Source: Acidobacteriota bacterium (GTDB taxonomy: Bacteria > Acidobacteriota > UBA890 > WLXD01). Taken from it: 64,000 bases of DNA. Location: the NCBI GenBank assembly GCA_963666215.2, contig CAXWPL010000001.1, forward strand, positions 512,001-576,000. The letters run 5' to 3'. A model generated the notes under the pieces. The model ran no database searches. It saw only the letters and a list, made by a program, of their open reading frames with translations, and had not been told where the DNA came from. This document shows, in pieces, positions 57,830 to 64,000 of this stretch (within the stretch, counting starts at the first letter, position 1; every line of letters begins with the position of its first letter). A program made the position numbers and the translations under genes.

Positions 57830-58291
57830 GTGACCGAACGCCCAGCCAAGCACCGGCCCTGCGGGGACTCGGTGGCGACTGTCGAAATCGAAGTCCGATA
57901 CGCCGAAACCGATGCCCAGGGCGTTGTGCATCACGCCAACTATCTGGTTTGGTTCGAGCTCGCCCGCACCCGGCTGTGCAGCAACAGTGGCACCACCTAC
58001 GCGCAGATCGAGGCGCGCGGACACCAGCTCACCGTTAGCGGCGCCAACGTCCGTTATCGACGCGCGGCCCGCTATGGCGACGTCGTCGAGGTGAGCGCCT
58101 GGATCGACCGGCTTGGTAGCCGCGGCATGCGTTTCGCCTACGAAGTCCGACGCGCGGGGGAATCGGGCGAGCACCTGGTGAGCGGCACCACGGACCACAT
58201 CTGGGTTGATTCGACGCGCGGAACGGCCTGCCGCATGCCCGAGGCTCTACGGGCTCCGTTCGAGGAGCTGGCGAAGCCAACGCCGAGCTAG
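57830..58291 (+). CDS. Acyl-CoA thioesterase (YbgC/4HBT family)
   Basis: VRYAETDAQGVVHHANYLVWFE.AR. Confidence 0.9.
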   Translation: MTERPAKHRPCGDSVATVEIEVRYAETDAQGVVHHANYLVWFELARTRLCSNSGTTYAQIEARGHQLTVSGANVRYRRAARYGDVVEVSAWIDRLGSRGMRFAYEVRRAGESGEHLVSGTTDHIWVDSTRGTACRMPEALRAPFEELAKPTPS

Positions 58292-58509
58292 CCTGCCGAT
58301 CCGTGGGCCGAGCTGGCGGCCGATACCGCCGCCTCGGCTGCCTCAGTGGCCGCGGTCGCTGCGGTAATCCCGCTCGCAACTTCGATCAGACGCGCGACGT
58401 GCGGAAGGATGGCGATCCGCAGCGCCGCGCGCAGCTCAGCGGCTCTCTTCAGCAGGCTCGCCGTGCGCTCCATCCACTCGCGGCTGCTCTCCTGGTTGGG
58501 CTCGAAGTC

Positions 58510-59906
58510 ACGGACGGGCTTCCTGTTGCGCGCAGACCTCTACACGGTGATCCGCAAGGACCTCATCGCCGAGCACGACCGTACGAGCTACAACTACTGG
58601 ATGGTCGGCCGCCTGCGCGAAGGGGTTAGCCTTGCCGAGGCCTCCGAGGATTTGAACGCGACGATGCAAGGTATCGCCGCCGATGATCGACGCTTGCAAA
58701 GCTGGGCGGTTCTTCTCGAGCCGCTCGACGGCCTGGCGGCGACCACCGTGCGTCCCGTGATGCTGGGGCTCTGGGCTGCCGTGACACTGGTGTTGGCAAT
58801 CGCGATCGCCAACGTGGCCAGCCTGCTGCTGATGCGCAGCGCCTCACGCCGTAGCGAGCTCGTGGTGCGCAGTGCGCTAGGCGCCGGGAGCTGGCGCACC
58901 ATGCGACTCCTGTGGACCGAGGCCGCACTACTTGCCGCTATGGGAACCGGGATCGCGCGCGCCCGGCGTCGTGACTGCCGGACTGAACGACTACGTTCCC
59001 TTCCAAGCAGAGGACGGCTTCGCCGGCATTCGGCTCGACGATCGCCCGCCGCCGAAGGGTCCGGGGCTACGCGAAGAATGGCGTCGGGTGAGTCAGCACT
59101 ACTTCGCGGCTGCTGGGATCAGAACGACCGCGGGCAGAGGCTTCGAGGCGAGCGACTACGACGACGGGCCGCTGGTGGCGATCGTCAACGAGGCGTTCGC
59201 GCGTAAGCACTACCGCGGAGACGCCGCGCTCGGCAAGCCGTTGACCATTTGGAACAGCCAGCTCGGCGCGGCGGAGATCGTCGGTGTGGTCAGCGACGTA
59301 CGGCGTCGCGGGTTTGCCGTGGCGTCACCGCCCGTGCTCTATGCCCCATTCCACCACAGCCCGCGCGCGAACATGGCTCTGTTCGTGCGCACGCAAGGCC
59401 GCCCGGAGACCATGATCGCGCCTGTGAAAGAAGCGATCTGGTCGATCGATTCGAGCCAGCCGATCGACGCTGTGGCGCCGCTCTCCGATGTACTGCAGGC
59501 ATCGATTGGCGTTCCGCGCATGCTCATGGCGTTGTTCGCCGCACTCGCATCGACAGCGCTGCTTCTCGCGGCTCTCGGCGTGTTCGGAACCTTCGGATAC
59601 GCCGTTCGCCTCCGGCGCCGCGAGCTCGGCGTCCGCCTGGCTCTGGGCGCCGAGCCAAGACGCCTCCGAACCGAGCTGCTCGAGCGAGCGGCCCTGTTCG
59701 CAGCCCTTGGTATTGCGATTGGCCTCGCGATCGCCGTGGTCGCTGGCACTGCCACGGCGTCGCTCCTGCATGGCGTCTCGAGTAGCAGCCCGGCACCTTT
59801 GGCTCTGGCGGCCGCCACCCTTTTCGCTTCGGCTTTGGGCGCGACGTGACTCCCCTCGCGCCGCATCGGCGCGATCGACCCGAGCGAGGCACTGCGCAAC
59901 GAGTAG
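58510..59906 (+). pseudogene. Degraded ADOP-type ABC permease
   Basis: GRLREGVS, LAIAIANVASLLL..RRSEL.VRSALGA, IVNEAFAR, RRRELGVRLALGA, IDPSEALRNE; 5' loss, internal deletion near 58950, in-frame TGA at 59847. Confidence 0.85.
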
Positions 59907-60000
59907 CAGGGTAGGCCGGGCCCCATCCGCGAAGTCCGAAGGGGGCCGAGGGACGCGAAGGGGCCGAGGAACGCGAAGGATCCGCGCGGCGGCAGACGCT

Positions 60001-62778
60001 CTATTCGGCTCGAAGCGTCTCCACCGGGTCCAGACGGGCGACTTTGCGGGCGGGCAGGAAAGCAGCCAGCCCGGCCACGCTCAGCATGAGCAACGCTGCA
60101 CCGAGGAGTAGCCGAGGCTCCGTTGGCCTGACCTCGTACAGCAGGCTGGAGAGCGTGCCACTGAGTGCAAGCGCGCCCAGAAGGCCGAATGCCGCCCCGG
60201 CCACGACGCTCGACATGCCCTGTCACAACATCAGTCGAACAACCTCAGCGGAATCCGCGCCGACCGCGATGCGGATGCCCACCTCGCGGGATCGACCGCT
60301 CACCGATGTGGCGACCACACCCCACGTCCCGGTTGTGGCCAGGAGCAGCGCCAGCCCGGCGAACAGCGATAGAAGCCCGGCCACGACGCGGCTGTCACCC
60401 ACCTGCGCGGCGCCCAGATCCTCGACGGTCGTGATCCCGTAGATCGGCAGGTCCGGATCCATCGCCGCCACTTCGGCGCGGATTGAAGCGAGCAACTCGA
60501 ACGGCTCTCCTACGGTCCGCACAAGCGGAGTGGCGTCGCGCCCCGGCTCCTGCCGGTGCAGGAAGTAGGACTCGGGCCGGATGCCCTCGGCGGGAGAGTC
60601 GTAGAGAACGTCGCCGACCACACCGATGATCTCGGCCGTCTTGCCTTCGCTGGTGAGGCTGACGCCGGTGGCGAACGGCATGCCGAGCGGGTCGGTGTCG
60701 CCGAACCATTCGCGTGCCGCCGTGGCGTTGATGACGACCATGGCCCGATCGTCGGCGCCCTCGAGCGCGTTGAAGCCGCGCCCCGATTGAATCGCTATGC
60801 CCAGCACCGAGAAGTACTGCTCGTCGATGAGATTGATGCCGACGATTGAGCGATTGTCCTCGCCGAAGACGGTGGCTCCGGCCTGGCGAACGCCCGCCAT
60901 CCAGTTGTGCCCGTCGAGCGGCGCATAACCTTGCGTTGCGCCGACGACACCCGGCAGGGCGCGGATCCGCGCCAGCAACTCGTCGTGAAAACGAGGCGCC
61001 TCCGCGGCCGGATGGCTGCGCGGCAGCTGGTAGGTGAAGGTCAGGAGGTTGTCGGAGTCGAAGCCTTTCTCGACGTCGAGAAGGCGTCCCAGGCTGGAGG
61101 CCATCAATGCGGCTCCGATCAGCAACATCAGCGCGATCGCAACCTCGACGGCCACCATTGTTCGCCGCCCGCCGAGCCGCTCGCGTGGCGTCGAGCTGCC
61201 GCCGTCACGCATGGCCGCCGCCAGATCCGTGCGCGCCAGCCGCAGCGCCGGCCCGAGCGAGAACAGCAGGCTCGTCGTCAGCGCCAAGCCGAAGGCGAAC
61301 AGCACCGCGACCGCGTCGAGCTGGAAGCTCGAGGCTTCCACGAAGCGCAGATTCCAACTGCCGTCCATGAACGCGTCGGGCCAGGCCGTCGCCATCAAAT
61401 CGACGCCGCGCGTGGCAATCAGCAATCCCAGCAGCGCACCGGCGGTGGATAGCAAGAGCACCTCGAACACCAGCACCCGAGTCACGCGGCCGCGAGAGCC
61501 GCCGAGTGCCATCCTCACCGCGATCTCGCGGCGTCGATCGGCACCGCGAGCCAGCATCAAGACACCCAGATTCGCGCACGCGATCAGAAGCACCAGGAGC
61601 GCCGCGCCACCGAGCACCAGCACCGCGCGCTGCGCACGAGGGTTGCGTCGCGCCTCCTCGAGAACGCGCAGGCCGGCGAGATGGCGCGCGTCGTGATCAC
61701 TCCACGGGTAAACAGCTTCGACCTGTGCGGCGACAGCGTCCATCTGCGACCGCAGCACGTCGGTCGTGGCGCCCGCGCGCAGCCTTCCGACGACCTGAAG
61801 CCAATGACCCTCGATGTTGTCGAGCAGCGTGGGCGACACCAGCAGCGGTACCGCCGACATCGGGATCCACAGATCGGCTTGCCCGCTCAGGCCTCGGAAC
61901 CAGGCCGGCGCCACTCCGACGACGGTTACCGACTGGCCGCTGAGCGTCACCATCGCACCCGGAATCGTCGACTCGTCGTCGAAGCGCTCACTCCAAACCC
62001 GGTGTGAAAGAACCACCTCGCGCGCGGCGCTGGCCGCGTCGGCCACCGGCCAGCGTCCCTTCGCAGGCTCGATGCCGAGAGTGACGAAATAGTCGGTGGT
62101 GACAACTTCGGAGGTCAGTCGCACGGCGTCGCCACGACCGGTGAGCGACAGCGTGCGGCGCGCGTATGCCGCGATGGGTGCGGCTCCGAGCTCGGCGGTG
62201 GACTCGAGGATCTTGTACTTCGGGTACGACCACGGGAACGGCTCGCCGGCCTCAGCGGGGTTCTCCGACTCGTTGAGCAGGTCGAGAATGACCAACTCCG
62301 TGGGATTCGGGTACGGCGAAGGGTTCAAGATGGCCGCCTTCAGCGCCGTGAACAGAGCGGTGTTGACTCCCACGCCCAACGCCAGAACCAGGAGAATGGT
62401 CAACGCGAACGTCGGCGACGCCACCAGCGCGCGTAGCGCGTGGTTGAGGTCGACGCCGAGCTCTCGCCATATCCGATCGGACGTGTTCGAAGCCCACCTG
62501 CCCAACGGCGACTTCGGCGGCGAGCTGCCAACGCCGCCGCGACCGCGGCGCTCGCGAGCTCCGGCGCGCAGCGCGTCGAGAGTGGCCCGCAGCGCGAACT
62601 GTCGCGCCGAGCCGCTCCCGAGCCGTCGACGCGTGGCGTACGCCAGTTGGAACGTCTCCACCATCTCACTGCCATACCTCCGACGCGCCGTCTTCGGGAA
62701 CGCGTGCATCGCGACGCGAAACACCGCCACGGGCAACCAAGCCCGCATCGAGTCTCGAGGTGAGCCGTTAGCGGGCAT
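60001..62778 (-). pseudogene. ADOP-type ABC permease (MacB-like duplicated) with in-frame TGA at 60223-60225
   Basis: LALGVGVNTALF, LLIACANL, REIAVRMALG, LPARKVARLDPVETLRAE; both ORFs share one frame. Confidence 0.85.
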
Positions 62779-63148
62779 CGGGTACGACCTCCGGGGCCAG
62801 ATCGACGCTGCGAGCCACGGCGAGCAGGCGCGCCAAACGCTCCGATTCGGCGAACGCCACCTCGCGACCGAAGGCGGTGACGCCGTAGTAGCGGCGGCGA
62901 CGATCGGTGGAATCTGGCGGCGCCTCAGCCAGCTCTTCGAGGAGCCCCGCCTCCTTCATACGCCCGATGGTGGCGTAGAGCGTCCCCGGCAGGATCGCGT
63001 CGCGCCCGCCAGTGCGATCCTCGAACCACTGCATGATGGCGTAGCCGTGCTTGGGCGAGTCGCCCAGCGCCAGCAGAACGTGAAAGACCGGGGCGGTCAG
63101 GGGCAGCAACGTCTGCGGATCGGTTCGGCTCACGTGCGACTCCGGCAT
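62768..63148 (-). CDS. PadR-family transcriptional regulator
   Basis: FHVLLAL..HGYAI, PGTLY.TI.R, RRRYY.VT.FG. Confidence 0.92.
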   Translation of the reverse strand: MPESHVSRTDPQTLLPLTAPVFHVLLALGDSPKHGYAIMQWFEDRTGGRDAILPGTLYATIGRMKEAGLLEELAEAPPDSTDRRRRYYGVTAFGREVAFAESERLARLLAVARSVDLAPEVVPDAR

Positions 63149-63174
63149 CTTGCGTGTTTGAATCGTTCCGAAAC

Positions 63175-63195
63175 CTATAATTTTATAAATTATAG
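63175..63195. promoter_or_regulatory. AT-rich perfect palindrome, candidate PadR operator/promoter
   Basis: CTATAATTT-TAT-AAATTATAG just upstream of the padR-like gene. Confidence 0.65.
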
Positions 63196-63249
63196 TTTTG
63201 CGCAAGCCTCTGAGACAGAGATCGTGATGAGGGCAACTGACGGACGGAT

Positions 63250-64000
63250 CTAGAACGGTACGTCCAGCCGATAACGAACGACCCGACTTTCTTCGGTGTC
63301 GGGATCCGGCTCCACGCTGTAGACGTGATCGCCGAGGACGAAGTCCCAGGACACGTTGCGGATCATGCCCGCGAACAGACGCGCGCCGCCGCGGTCATAC
63401 ACGTCGACCGCAAGATTCCCCGACTCGGCTTGCGCCCGAGTCAGCGGCTCCAGGAACACGTAGAGGCGATCGTGGCCATCAACGGCGAGCCGCGCGATGG
63501 CCGGGCGCTGCTCGGGAAACCAGATGCGGGAGCGCAGGCCTCCGTCAGCGGAAAAGCCGTCATCACGGAGAGCACTGAGCGCCACGTCGATGTCGTCCTC
63601 GGTGATGGGTGAGCGCTGCCAGGGCACCTGGAGTCGCCAGCGAAGCTCGCCCTCGATGGTGTAGGCATGTACGTCGTACGCGTCCGTCGCGGCACCGTAG
63701 ATATCGCCCGACCGCGTCGCGGCGACCGACGCCTCGACATTCGGCACCGGAATCGAACGGCCGCCGCCGCCCGACATCCAAAGCAGCGGCCGGCGCTGCG
63801 GTTCGAACACGTGCAACTCCGCCAGCTCCTCGCCGCCCCCGGCAACGCGCACCAGGCGCACTTGGCTCTCGAGGTAGCCGCCTTCCATTGCCTCGGGCGA
63901 GCGAGGAATACGAACGGGATCCAGACCGACAATCGACCCGTCGGCGAGGCCGATCGACACGCGCAGCGGCGCGAAATAGGCCCTGGTGTTATCGCCTTGC
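63250..64000 (-). CDS. Hypothetical beta-propeller-like protein (partial, runs off window)
   Basis: Open frame; PAIARLAVDGHDRLYV, VDVYD..G, VVRYRL resemble six-bladed propeller proteins. Confidence 0.55.
   Translation of the reverse strand, partial: QGDNTRAYFAPLRVSIGLADGSIVGLDPVRIPRSPEAMEGGYLESQVRLVRVAGGGEELAELHVFEPQRRPLLWMSGGGGRSIPVPNVEASVAATRSGDIYGAATDAYDVHAYTIEGELRWRLQVPWQRSPITEDDIDVALSALRDDGFSADGGLRSRIWFPEQRPAIARLAVDGHDRLYVFLEPLTRAQAESGNLAVDVYDRGGARLFAGMIRNVSWDFVLGDHVYSVEPDPDTEESRVVRYRLDVPF

Noticed and set aside
59847-60225. TGA recoding (alternative genetic code or selenocysteine)
   Set aside because: Many intact genes (bioB, bioF, bioA, hflK, hflC, transposase) end properly at TGA; the positions are not Cys-like and the region is otherwise degraded

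Overview
High-GC bacterial chromosomal DNA. PadR plus several 'duplicated orphan' ABC permeases and the amidase-GerMN-rdgB-tRNA-Pro order suggest Acidobacteriota, though this is inference. The main accessory feature is a decayed ~9.2 kb island (6312-15556) integrated in tRNA-Pro(TGG) and bounded by a duplicated tRNA 3' half. It holds a serine recombinase remnant, IS481 and IS6 remnants, an intact bioB-bioF-bioA-bioD operon whose last gene ends inside an IS6 end, a split direct-repeat scaffold, two paralogous unknown secreted proteins and an F420-type PPOX gene. An intact IS481-family element with a 6-bp target duplication follows it. Other notable loci are a DUF2064/ArsM-like methyltransferase/radical SAM cluster with a structured leader, an LVIVD/unknown/multicopper oxidase cluster, a swivel-first aconitase-family fusion and a two-subunit aconitase X. 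Many gene fragments and deletion-fusion scars are scattered through the window. All protein calls come from recognising motifs by eye, and no database search was run.
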